Assembly (NCBI RefSeq): GCF_026210795.1
Contig: NC_089429.1
Coordinates: forward strand, 4,712,001 to 4,776,000
From: Rhizophagus irregularis
Lineage: Eukaryota
Length of the DNA stretch: 64,000 nucleotides
Direction: 5' to 3'
Part shown: piece by piece, positions 10,088 through 20,806 of the stretch
Layout: every line of letters starts with the position of its first letter
Position numbering within the stretch: the stretch's first letter is position 1
The notes under the pieces: generated by a model
The model's database searches: none
What the model saw: the letters and a program-made list of their open reading frames with translations, nothing else
What the model was told of the DNA's origin: nothing
Made by a program: the position numbers and the translations under genes

Positions 10088-11494
10088 ATGACAAGAGGAT
10101 ATTCGTTAGAACAAGATTTAAGATTATTAATAAACAATCCAAAGTATAGTGATATAGAAATTTTATGTGAAGATGAAAAGAAATTATATGGTTGTAGAGC
10201 AATTTTAGCAGCAAGGTCCGAAGTATTTGATAGACTACTTTATAATGGGATGAAAGAAAGTTATGATAAACAAATTTCTTTTCCAAAGATTAATTCCGCC
10301 GGGATGGAAATTATATTAGAATATATTTATACGGGATCGATTAAAGAAGAATCTTTGACAAAAGATAATGCAATTGAAGCTTTTTACGCTGCTGATTATT
10401 TTCAATTATCAGACCTTCAGGATTTTATTACAAAAACGGTTATGAATACTAATTTAGTTAAAAATTATTCACCGGAATTATTATCTAAAGTTACGGAAAA
10501 AATTCCATTAGCGGAAGATAATATTTTTCTTAATTTATTGGTTGAAACAGTAGCAATTATGTCATTAAATAATATTGAATTTGGTCGATTGTCTATTACG
10601 GGTCTTAAATGTCTTTTATCTATTACACATGAAAAAGAAATGTCTTTTGTGACCCCGGAATATGAAGTTTTTCGGTATAGTGCAATTCTAGCAGCAAAAC
10701 AAGTTTCTAATGATGCGTTTAAAACTTTTTTGAAACGGTTGCCAACCTTAGACCAATTGGAGAATTCAATCCAAGTAGAAAATGAACTTATCCCCGATCA
10801 TCAAAAAATTGCTAAAGAATTAGAACCTTTGGTTAAATTTATTGATTTCAAAAGAATTAAAGGTTCAATATTAGTTGATCTCATCGAGCCGCTAAAAATT
10901 GTCCCAATTGAAATAATTTTAAATATTTATCGACAATCTATAAAATCAAATAATTTCAATTTAAGTAATACTCGTGGAAAACCACAAATTAATGAAATCG
11001 ATTATGTTTGGGATAAATCAGCATGTGGATCAAATTTTATTATTGAAGATAACGGAAAAATTGTGTGTGCACCAAATGATTGTAGTTACCAAAATGTTAG
11101 AGCCAAAATAGCATTTGAAAGTAATGGCATTTTTGAATGGGATGTAATTATTGAGAAAGCTTGTGGTAATACTTGGATTGGAGTATGTGCGTCAGAAAAT
11201 TTAAATTATGAAACCTTTGCAGGAATTCAACCTACTGGATGGGTATTGAGTTCTGGTAGTGAGCTTCGTAATCATAATAGCTATATAGTAAATTATTGTC
11301 CCACGTTTCATGAAGATGGTGCAAAAATTACAGTTCATTTAGATATGAATAAAAGAACTTGTGCTTTTACAATCAATGATGGTAAAAAGTATCGAGAAGT
11401 ATCAGAATGGAATAATCTACCATCAAAACTTTATCCAGTAGTATCATTTCGTTATCCTGGTCGTATTCGAATTCAACCTCATCGAAAAAATTAA
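10088..11494 (+). CDS. BTB/POZ + SPRY (B30.2) domain protein
   Basis: YSDIEILC...CRAILAARSEVF..LL (BTB), a BACK-like helical middle, and FEWDVIIEK...WIGVC...ITVHLDMNKRTCAF...LYPVVS (SPRY). Intronless, 468 aa. Confidence 0.93.
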   Translation: MTRGYSLEQDLRLLINNPKYSDIEILCEDEKKLYGCRAILAARSEVFDRLLYNGMKESYDKQISFPKINSAGMEIILEYIYTGSIKEESLTKDNAIEAFYAADYFQLSDLQDFITKTVMNTNLVKNYSPELLSKVTEKIPLAEDNIFLNLLVETVAIMSLNNIEFGRLSITGLKCLLSITHEKEMSFVTPEYEVFRYSAILAAKQVSNDAFKTFLKRLPTLDQLENSIQVENELIPDHQKIAKELEPLVKFIDFKRIKGSILVDLIEPLKIVPIEIILNIYRQSIKSNNFNLSNTRGKPQINEIDYVWDKSACGSNFIIEDNGKIVCAPNDCSYQNVRAKIAFESNGIFEWDVIIEKACGNTWIGVCASENLNYETFAGIQPTGWVLSSGSELRNHNSYIVNYCPTFHEDGAKITVHLDMNKRTCAFTINDGKKYREVSEWNNLPSKLYPVVSFRYPGRIRIQPHRKN

Positions 11495-13134
11495 AAGATT
11501 AGAATATTTTGTATAGTCTTATACTTTAATTCTTACTTAGATATACATACGTTGATTATGTTATGTATATTAATCAGATTATTAAGCCAAAAAAGATAAA
11601 ATTCGATTTTCGTCTTCATTTATCAATAGTGCGTTACATAGAAAGAATTGTATCAAACTTCATTAATTCTAGTTTTTGGTAACAAGGGAATATTTCATAA
11701 ATATTATTTAATTGTTAAAATCAAGAATGATAAACTATTTTATTGGAAATTTTTTTTTTTTTTCAAAAGTGTTGGTGCAAGATAAGCTACAAGAGCTTAA
11801 AAATATAATCACATTGCATTTTATCGCATTATAACCATAAGAATTTCGTAAGATTCGAATTATGTTTATTAAATAAAGCTGAAATAATCTTATTTAGTCG
11901 GTATATTTTAAATGACAAGACATTAGTACTCATTACAATATGAAGTTTATTGGATTGAGACTTATTGTTTCACTACTCTCTTCAAGAAATTTCTCACATT
12001 GAACAGATATTTTCAAATAAGCCGGCTGGATTTTCCATATAAAATTACATATAGCCTGCTATAAAATTTGTCCACGGACGAGTCGGACGATCGTATTCGC
12101 GCGTGACAGTTTAGTTTGGATGTAAAGAAAATTTATTGGCCTTATAAAAAAACTGAATATATACAAAACAATCATTTACTAATTTAAACGTAATTTTTAA
12201 CCACCTTATAATTTGTACATAATCTAAATGTAAAATATATGGAAAAATGAGACCAATTTGAACAATATATGTCATAATTTTATTTATTTTACGTTTAAAA
12301 ATATTACTAATTTAAAAATTTTATGTTTACAAATTGGTAAATTATTTGTAAATTATATCATCCAACAAATGCAAATTTATGTTTCTTAAATAATATACTG
12401 CGATTTCATTTATATAATAAATTAATATAAATGAAATCTAAGTATACAAAAGTATTAAAATACCGGCTAGATTATATATATATATTACATCATTTTTAAT
12501 AAGTTTAAACAGTTTGCTGCGGTGCATACTTTATTTCTATTCAATATAAAAAAAATATATATATATAAAAAAAAATTTTTCATTCATCAAATTTCTTGAA
12601 TCATCGTAAACTGGTTGTTCTTAATTATCAATTGGTTGTTTTTCAGTAAACACGTTAGAATATTAATTTGTTGGCTTTGAAAGTTTTAATAGTTATAATA
12701 TAAAATGTTATCAAAGTTGATTCAACGTACAATTGAAGTTTATTTTACTTTTGAAATCCCATCAAAGACCGTTAAGTAGTAGTCTTGAAACCTACAAAAT
12801 AGAAATTAAACTATTATTTAATGGCTTAATAAAAAGAGCATCAAATTTTGAAAAGTCTAATTCTTCTGAAATTATGTTTAAAGAAGTATTCAAATCTTAC
12901 AGAAAGAAAACAGGATCATTAGCGAATGTTTAATTAGAAAAAACTAAAAGGAGAAAGACTCCAAAAGTATGGTTTCAAAGAGGAAGTCATCCAAAGAAGC
13001 CAGAATTTACAAAAAAAATTAATAAAGATTTTCTAAAAAAAATCTTCAAAAAAACTCATAAGAATAATACTTTTGAGGTTATCTAAATCAATAAGGTTTT
13101 TCTTATCGAATCTTTGGTTTCCATTGGCTTGGCC

Positions 13135-13850
13135 TTAAGGACTTAACGAATATTCGAACTATTTCACCAACTGCTAAACGTGGAAGTGCATGGGAAGTGA
13201 AACTAAGATATCCAGAAAAATTACACCCATCACATTCAGACTTTCCTTTCTCCCCAGAAAGACGAATAGCAAAATGTGAAGAACTTAGCCGTTATCAGAA
13301 TAAATTAATTGAAAAATTGAGCAAGGTGGAGACAGAAAATTAGTGGCTACGTGGATAGGTATATTCTTAATTATAGAAATTTCCGACAATATCTTGAATT
13401 AGGACACGTACAGTATATCGTATCTTAGAATTTGACCAATCCCCCTAGCTCGAACCTTACATTATGGCCAATACATTACGATGACGTAATGCAAAAAAAT
13501 GCCTTTGAAAGAAATCGACGATGATAGTGATTATTCAGATGATCATCCTTAAAAATTACCATCTGATCAATAACCCGTCCAGACGGTACACTTGAGCTAA
13601 CTAATATGAAGGTCATTGGAGATAGAACGGCGAGTTCAAATAATCAGGTATGCCGGTAATCGTTCAAAATCATATGCAGTTGAAACTGAGGAATGTGACT
13701 AAAAACATACTAAAGGCGAAGGGTCTTAAGAAATCACGAGTGTTGTCTGTTGTACCTTTGATGACGTTGAAGACAAACTCAAACCGCGAATTTCTTACGA
13801 TGTGAACGATTTGTACCATACACTATCGGCAAACAAAGATACTAAATGAC
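13135..13850 (+). pseudogene. Relic of Polinton/Maverick-type protein-primed DNA polymerase B
   Basis: Manual translation across frameshifts gives, in the expected order: GSAWEVKLRYPEKLHPSHSDFPFSPE; DRYILNYRNFRQYLELG; VYRILEFDQSP*LEPYIMANTLR*RNAK-NAFE; DSDYSDDHP; NMKVIG; RSKSYA; KAKGLKK. Confidence 0.8.
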
Positions 13851-14586
13851 CAGGCTTCAACATGAACAATTAGTTATTGTCGAAGACCTGCATATAAACA
13901 AGCCGTGGAGAAATATGGGGATGCTATACCTGAAGAGATACTAGCAGGTTTGGATATATAAACGAATTAGAAAAGTTATTTCAACATACGACCATATTAT
14001 ATAGTAGGTAAAGGTAATTATTTTTTTCAAAACAAAACTTTACATTACCTCGTATACATGAAACCACTTAATAGATAACGGTTCAGTTTCAGCAAGCACT
14101 ATCACCGTATCACGTAGAAAAGCGCAGATCAAAATAACGGAAGAGGGGTTTCATGCAATCATACGAGGAGTAAGTTCATAGAAGGATATGCCGGTTATAT
14201 AAGCAGATTATGCCAAGAAGAGAAACCGGGTGAATATATAAGAAATACCGCCGTGATGCTATTTCCAGTATAACGTTAGATGGCGATACAGGAAATGGTA
14301 TGCTAATAAAAAAAATCTTTTGGAACCTATACAAATTATACTACGAGTTATCGAAGAAGGACGGCATATGGTCGATAATGACATTAGTAAAGCTATAGTC
14401 TATAGAGGTTGCGATCAAAGCTGCGGATATTTTAACATACTAAGTTGATATATTTTGTTCGTACTCGGAACAATTTGCTGAGCCACATGTACTCTCGTGC
14501 TACACAAATGAACAAATGATCACACATTCACACGACAAAGATCTGTGCAACAGCTGAATTTCTCAAATATAGTATTTAAGCCGAAA

Positions 14587-15959
14587 ATGTCTATTACTTT
14601 GTTCTATCTCGTCAAAGGTAATACAATCGCGAACGCGTTCTCTGAATAGGAACGAGCCCATTAGTGAACTCAAGGAAGCTATAAAGGCGAAAAGCACCCC
14701 GAGTTCGATAATTTTCCTGCAGACAAACTAAAGTGGAAGGTGGAAATTGCTGGCGAACACGACGATCAGTTGAGGAATCTCATACTCAAGGACAACGAAG
14801 AGCTCCTTGCCATAAGAAAATTTTCGAGATACTTCCCTCTGAAGAGTGTCTTCATGTCATAGTCGAGCCACTTGTGCTAACTGCCACTTCGAGCCGCGAA
14901 CAGGAATTGCTTGACCAAATCGCGCGTCGTTGGAGGAGCCACTTAACAAGTCTGTCCATGGTACGTATTTTTTTCCTGACCCAAGATCAGCGAAATTTTA
15001 GGTTATGAATTTTTTACTGACCCAGTTATTGCACGACGTCGTCGTTAGTCCGAAACGAAAGGTATAGACGATGAACATCGAACATGCAACTCTCGAAGAC
15101 CTCAAAACAAATGACGGAGCGGTACTCAACTTCATGAATGACGGAGCGAGATATTCACCTAGGAACGATGTCGCATTCCGAGATATGTTGCAGTCGCTCG
15201 TGACCTTAAGTTTACTGTGTTCATAGAGACTCCCTCAAAAGCTTTCTCAGATTTGTCATTCCCAAAGGTGTGTCAGCTTTATGGACTTGGCGATCCTTCA
15301 TTGTCAGTGTTCTCACTTGTGAGTATAAAGATCTGAAAAACGATTCGTTCCAGGTAATAATTAAATATCTTATAGTTGAACTGGAGGCTCGTCTAAAGGC
15401 AATCCCGATCAATGAAAGCGACGCACCGAAATCACAATACGTGTGTTCTTACCTTGTTGTAGGTGCAAATCTATACGAGCTTCGACCAGCAAAATATCGC
15501 AGGACCCAATGGACATGGATTGGTCGATTTCACAATAGACTTGCCCAAACCGCAAAACGGTTGGTGCGACATAAGTAAAGGACGAAGATTTTTTTAAGGG
15601 TATTGCTCAGAATGCCATACAACTTGAATCCGCTTTATCAAACCGTAAACGTAAGGCAAACGAGATGGAGGAGGATAGTATGTTTGTGAATAAGATATTG
15701 GGAATTGTCACAGATGCGGAAAAGTGTACTTTATGGAATGCTCACTCGACGATCAAGACAGGCAAAGATTCAAACTATTGAGGCCGGTATCCGTTGTATA
15801 TGATAGTGAGAACATGGGAGGTAATGTTGAAAGAGTTCTCGGACATATTTGGAGGAGGTGCAGAAGCTGGATTCAGCTCTTGACGTAGGTAATAAGAGGG
15901 AAATAAAACGGGTAAGGTCGTTGGTTAATCTTGCGGGAAAGACAGATACTGAGGCTTAG
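14587..15959 (+). pseudogene. Crinkler (CRN)-family gene with putative REase-like C-terminus, frameshifted
   Basis: Starts MSITLFYLVKGNTIANAF, then PEFDNFPADKLK-WKVEI and LHVIVEP (CRN N-terminal ubiquitin-like domain). C-terminal pieces KDEDFFKGIAQNAIQLESALSNRKRK and GIVTDA. Confidence 0.8.
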
Positions 15960-16109
15960 TATAAAAATTTCAGCGGACAATGTTCGCCAAAATCATGTAT
16001 AGATCTGTGTCTTGTATTTATTTTATCTGTGTTAAATAAAAAAATTTCGCTGACCTCGGGTCAGGATTACTTTTTTTCTTATCTACAGTGTACAAACAGT
16101 ACTTTCGAA

Positions 16110-17300
16110 ATGAAAGCCAAGGAGAACGCTAGACTTATGATAAGATTACTGTGCTTGAGGCTGGGAATATTGAGATTAAGGCCGAGAATACGAGATTAAG
16201 AGCCGAGCTTAAGGCTAAAATTGAGGAATTGGAAAGTAGAGTAGATGTCACCACTGAAAACGCCAAACTTAAAGAGTTGCGAAGTTGGAACAGAATTTCA
16301 GTCAATCACAAATTGAAATGGCTCACGATGAAGCTGTCTCCTCTTTTACCATCTTGCGTGAGTAAGAAGACAATAAAGGACAGAGAGACTGATGAATTTT
16401 TGGACTCAGAACATAAGAAAAAGTGATAAGGCAGCACAATAAGGGGAAGAGACTTCTGCGTGAATTATCTCCCCGGAAGACACCCTCGATTTCCCAGAAT
16501 ACTGTACAACTACTTACCATACGAACAGGACTTGATTCGAGAAATAACTATCGGTGTCAGATGCAACGACGTATCTCCTAACCGGGATCCTCCGAAAGGT
16601 ACTTTGCATGATTTCATATCCCAGTTCATGTGACTGAAATTTCGCTGACCTTTGGTCAGGAAAAATAGGATATCTTGCAAAACGTAGCTCATGTATATAA
16701 AAAAGCATATAATGCAGAAGACGATACGATAAAAGCTAATCAGACGGATTTTATTATAGGATTTGATAAAAGTATAGATGAAATCATGGTTAGAGATAGA
16801 GTGAGCATGAAAAAAGCTAAAGGTTGAATTTACGATTTTATTATTGCACAAAATTCTGGTGCTAAGCATGAAACTCTTTATAGGAAAATCGAAAGATCTA
16901 GGAATATTTACAGGCTATTCGAAAAAATAGGACTAGATAATGTCAGATATATTAAATCAAATAGTGCAAACTCTATTTCGAAATTCTCTAACGGAAATTC
17001 GAACTATTATCCGGAGAAAGATTCCAGTGAAATCAAATCAAGATGATCAGACTAATGCATCGGAAGCGCAAGCGAACACCTCGATTTCAGCTAAGGAAAG
17101 TGTCTCAACTGAATCCCGCTTGCCGGAGTTAAATCCAAAAGAACCATTTATTATTAAAATAAATCGGATATAGATACTCTTGTCCTTCATTTGCAACAAG
17201 AATTCATTAGAATTGGTTAATTATCAGAGATACTGAGCTAAATTTGATAGTCAATATGAGTGAAGCTGATAAAGTTGGGAGGCTAAAATGAGAATCCCTA
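16110..17300 (+). pseudogene. Degenerate coiled-coil protein gene, probably cargo of the same decayed element
   Basis: Coiled-coil segment AENTRLRAELKAKIEELE followed by broken coding-like frames (IERSRNIYRLFEKIGLD...SANSISKFS). No family assigned. Confidence 0.45.
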
Positions 17301-19155
17301 GAGATGATACGAAAAATAAGTTAAAAGGATACGTCCTCAAATATGATATGAAGTAGTTAGATCCGTGGTTATGTATTATAGGATGTACCATGTTATTTTT
17401 GGTATCAATAAAGATTTAAGTACTTATTGTGCGAATTATTTTATCAGTATGGAATTTCGCATATAACATTTTTTCTCGAATGTTCTTTATTTTCCAGTTA
17501 TCTCTAATATTCTAGGTAAAAGCCTACGAAGTAAATTATCTTACTAACGAATCTATTCTATTTTTGCTCGTTCCGAAATGACATAATTGTCATCAGGGAT
17601 CAGTTTAAGCTTGTTAACTTGGGCAAATAGACAATAATAGAAGCTCAGGGCATTCCTTCGAAAGACTAAAGCCAAGCCCACATGACACAACTTTGGTGGC
17701 TTCGCTAGGGTTAAATTGAAAAATTGACCTCAGATTTAATATTGATGCTCCGTTCTAGTAGTGGCGCGCGCGATTGTCAGGAGAATATTAATATTGGATA
17801 TCATTTTTTAAAGTAAGCCTTTCTGTTTACTTTGAAAGCCTCGACCCTCTCAACAGCTTATTGTATTTATTATCTTATTGTCTTTATTGTCATCATTTTT
17901 TTAAACTCGGTTAGTTGATCCGTGTAAAAAGGTATACAAACGTAACGAAAATTGATGCATGCTCATATTGATTTTGACTAATCTTATTCTCTTTATTCTC
18001 TTTGCAATAAATTATTACCTGTGTTTATTTGAATTCATCAAATCAACGAAACTGTTTACCGGGATGATTTTGTTTCCTTCATTGTAGATGTCGTCAATCA
18101 GCTTTTCTTATCGAGAAAATATCTGTATAATTATGCTGTTCATAATGAAAGAATAACTGTGGAGATCAACAAAATTAACTCCAATTATATTGCGGAAATC
18201 GCATTACCGCCATATTTTCGTAACAGAGGCGCAGAGAATTCTCAATACAGTAGGATTAATATTCATCGAGCAAATCGTTAATGATGAAGTTAGAAACTGC
18301 CCAAGGGCAAAATGAAACGGAATCGATTACTTCATCTGTCGACGGTTTAGGAACTTCGTTCCTAAAGAATAACTCTCATATCTATACGCAAACTGTAAAA
18401 AAATTTTATCGTAAGAATTATTCTCATAGTAAAACATTAGTATGTGGAAATAATGAGTAGTGGGAATGAATATCCAAAATTCCAAATCATGGTCTAGAGG
18501 CCGGCAGAAGTATGAATTTCTTTTCATGCCTTTATTCCTCTTTAAACGTGCACTACTAATTTAGTTATCCTATTACTTGATAATAGAAAATTAATAAAAT
18601 ATCGTTTTGATGTGATTGCCTTCATACGTTGACCGCTGCATAATTTTCACCTGTTAATTCCTATTAATATAAATCTTATACAACAAATTGTAATGTTATT
18701 AATAATCCACCTGGTCTATAAATCCGAAGGAGAAGTGTCTTTTGAATCTTTTTAACTGCGTGATTAAAACTTGGAGTGTATGAACAATTAAGTCCGCCTA
18801 GATTCCATCTAAAACTGGAGAGATTAGGAACTACGTTTCTAGAGAATAATGACAACATTCTATCGAAAATGTATGCGAAAAAAATTCTCCATGATCTACC
18901 AGTTCGTACAATTGTAATATGGATGGATATTTGGTTCTCTCGTGCGTTCATTGATAATATTTGTATATCTCACTTTGTGAGATAGAGTTGTTCTAGTACT
19001 TATACAGAATGTTAATTATACAATAAACTGCTTAAAAAGACATTAAATGACAAAAACAAGTAAATTTTAAGAAGAAGTAATTTAAGTGCATTTAAATAAT
19101 TGTAAAGATTAAACGGTATAACTCTTGACTGTTCTATTTCATCAGAACGATGCAT

Positions 19156-19421
19156 CGTGTCATCCTTGTGCAGGGGCCATGCTAATTTTTATTTTATTTT
19201 ATTTTATTTTATTTATTTTAAAAGAATGAGATTCGCACTGACTTTGTGTATAGTACAAACTAGAGGTATAAATACATAGTGAGAAAAACTAACTAAAAGA
19301 AAAAAAGCTATCATTAGAAAAACTACGTCGCTAAGATAACTCGCACATAAAGGGTTAAAAAAAACAAGGCGAAGAATAAAATAAAGAAGTAGGGGCCATG
19401 CCAATCTTCCCTGTGTCGTTC
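19156..19421 (-). ncRNA. U6: U6 snRNA core fragment (pseudogene) interrupted by an insertion
   Basis: Minus strand reads GAACGACACAGGGAAGATTGGCATGGCCCCT [insert] ATTAGCATGGCCCCTGCACAAGGATGACACG, matching the universal U6 core. ACAGAGA box is mutated; 5' stem-loop and 3' end are not recognisable. Confidence 0.85.
19187..19390 (-). mobile_element. Short A-tailed retroposed insertion (5'-truncated LINE or SINE-like) with 15-bp TSD
   Basis: Flanked by AGGGGCCATGCTAAT (19172-19186) and AGGGGCCATGCCAAT (19391-19405). Has a (TAAAA)n tail at its minus-strand 3' end. Confidence 0.75.
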
Positions 19422-19534
19422 TTGATTCATGAAAATCACGGGTTTCGACTTTCAGATGACATCATGATTACGTAAATATTTAATTTATATGTTTCCCTTA
19501 ACAGTTCTTAGCAGTAATAAAACTTCAACCGAGA

Positions 19535-20806
19535 ATGTCAGACGTTTTTTCCCTAGTTCCCAGCGAAATTGTAGTCAAGATCCTTAGTTTTCTACCTGCT
19601 AAAGATCTTTGTTCCGTTTCTTTGGTATATTAAGAAAACTACCACTAACATATGTTCCTACTATTGACAACTTATGCTCTGTTTCTTCTTTTTACTGATC
19701 ACAGGTTAACAAGAATCTTTGGTCGTTTATTCAAGATGATTACGTTTGGCATTCAATTTGTATTAATCAATTTCCTACAGATTACGTATCTGAAGAACTA
19801 AAGAAAATGATTGCAGAAGAAGATAACATTGAGGAACAGCATGTAAACGTTGTAAACAAAAAGCTTTATAAACGACTATGTAAAGTTTATTATATATATT
19901 TATATTTTTTTTTTTGCAATCCTAATTGATATTCGTACTGTACATAACAGCCAGGCATATTAGTTTTATGGCCAAAGAACGATGCATCACTTGGTTAGAC
20001 ATTCAACAGGGAGGTGGAAATAATCATCATTGGCGGACCCTCGAAGATTCACAGAGGTAGTAACTAGTGAGCCTTCATTTATCGAACATCTTTAAATATT
20101 TTCATTTTATTTACTTACGTTTATATTTGCAAACAGTGAATTTGGAAAAATTGTGTTTCTGGATCATGTTTGGTGGTTTGATGTATGCGCGAATTCTATC
20201 ATAACTTGTCGTATTTTAGGGCAGTCGCCATTCTAAAAAATTTTTTATAGGTTATGTCAACTCTAAAAGCTGTTCTGCCTGGCATCTATGATATTGTATG
20301 GCGATTAAAAGTTAGATCTCGAAATAATATTCATGATCTAAACTTTTCCGCTACTGTCGTAGAAAAAGTATGTATTGTATGTCTTACACGTTGACATATC
20401 CATAATGTTCTAATTTACGACTCATATAATTGAATTATATTAATAGGTTGAGAATGGAGATGAAGAGACAATCATTCGTGAATACTATCATACTCCACAA
20501 GTCAAGATGTTCTCAAAAATTGCCAGCAAAAACGATTGGGTTGAATATCGTGTGCCTTATAAGTTATTCGTACCTGAGCGAGAAGTGATCGGTGGTAAAC
20601 TAATATATCATGACGTTCGTCTTAAAATTTTTAACTACGAAGGTTTTTTAAAAACTGGATTGGTAAGTTTATTATTAAATTGGTTGAAATGGTTAGATAT
20701 TTTTAATAATAATTTTTTTTCTTATTTGCGTTCTCTTTGAAAGTGGATCGACTTTGTTAGATTAAGAGAACATGATGCGAGCAGAGTTTATGACGAGTTC
20801 GAATAG
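19535..20806 (+). CDS. F-box protein with PP2 (phloem protein 2)-like C-terminal domain, 7 exons
   Basis: Manual GT-AG splicing gives an open frame: MSDVFSLVPSEIVVKILSFLPAKDLCSVSL|VNKNLWSFIQDDYVWHSIC (F-box) ... CITWLD...HWRTLEDSQSEFGKIVFLDHVWWFDV...PGIYDIVWRLK...DWVEY...KTGLWIDFVRL. Confidence 0.8.

Noticed and set aside
9885..10286. Recurrent antisense ORFs MEKKF... over BTB starts (also 7047, 32061, 36585, 39855, 49069, 52239)
   Set aside because: Shadows of the conserved sense BTB coding sequence, with variable lengths and mostly non-ATG starts.
17580..18990. Coding-like minus-strand tract
   Set aside because: Many stops and no recognisable motif; possibly an old pseudogene, but I cannot support a call.
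19187..19390. Spliceosomal intron inside U6, as known in some fungi
   Set aside because: The insert lacks GT...AG ends and instead has an A-rich tail and a 15-bp duplication.
19156..19421. Functional U6 gene
   Set aside because: The ACAGAGA box is mutated, the core is interrupted, and no 5' stem-loop or U-rich 3' end is recognisable.
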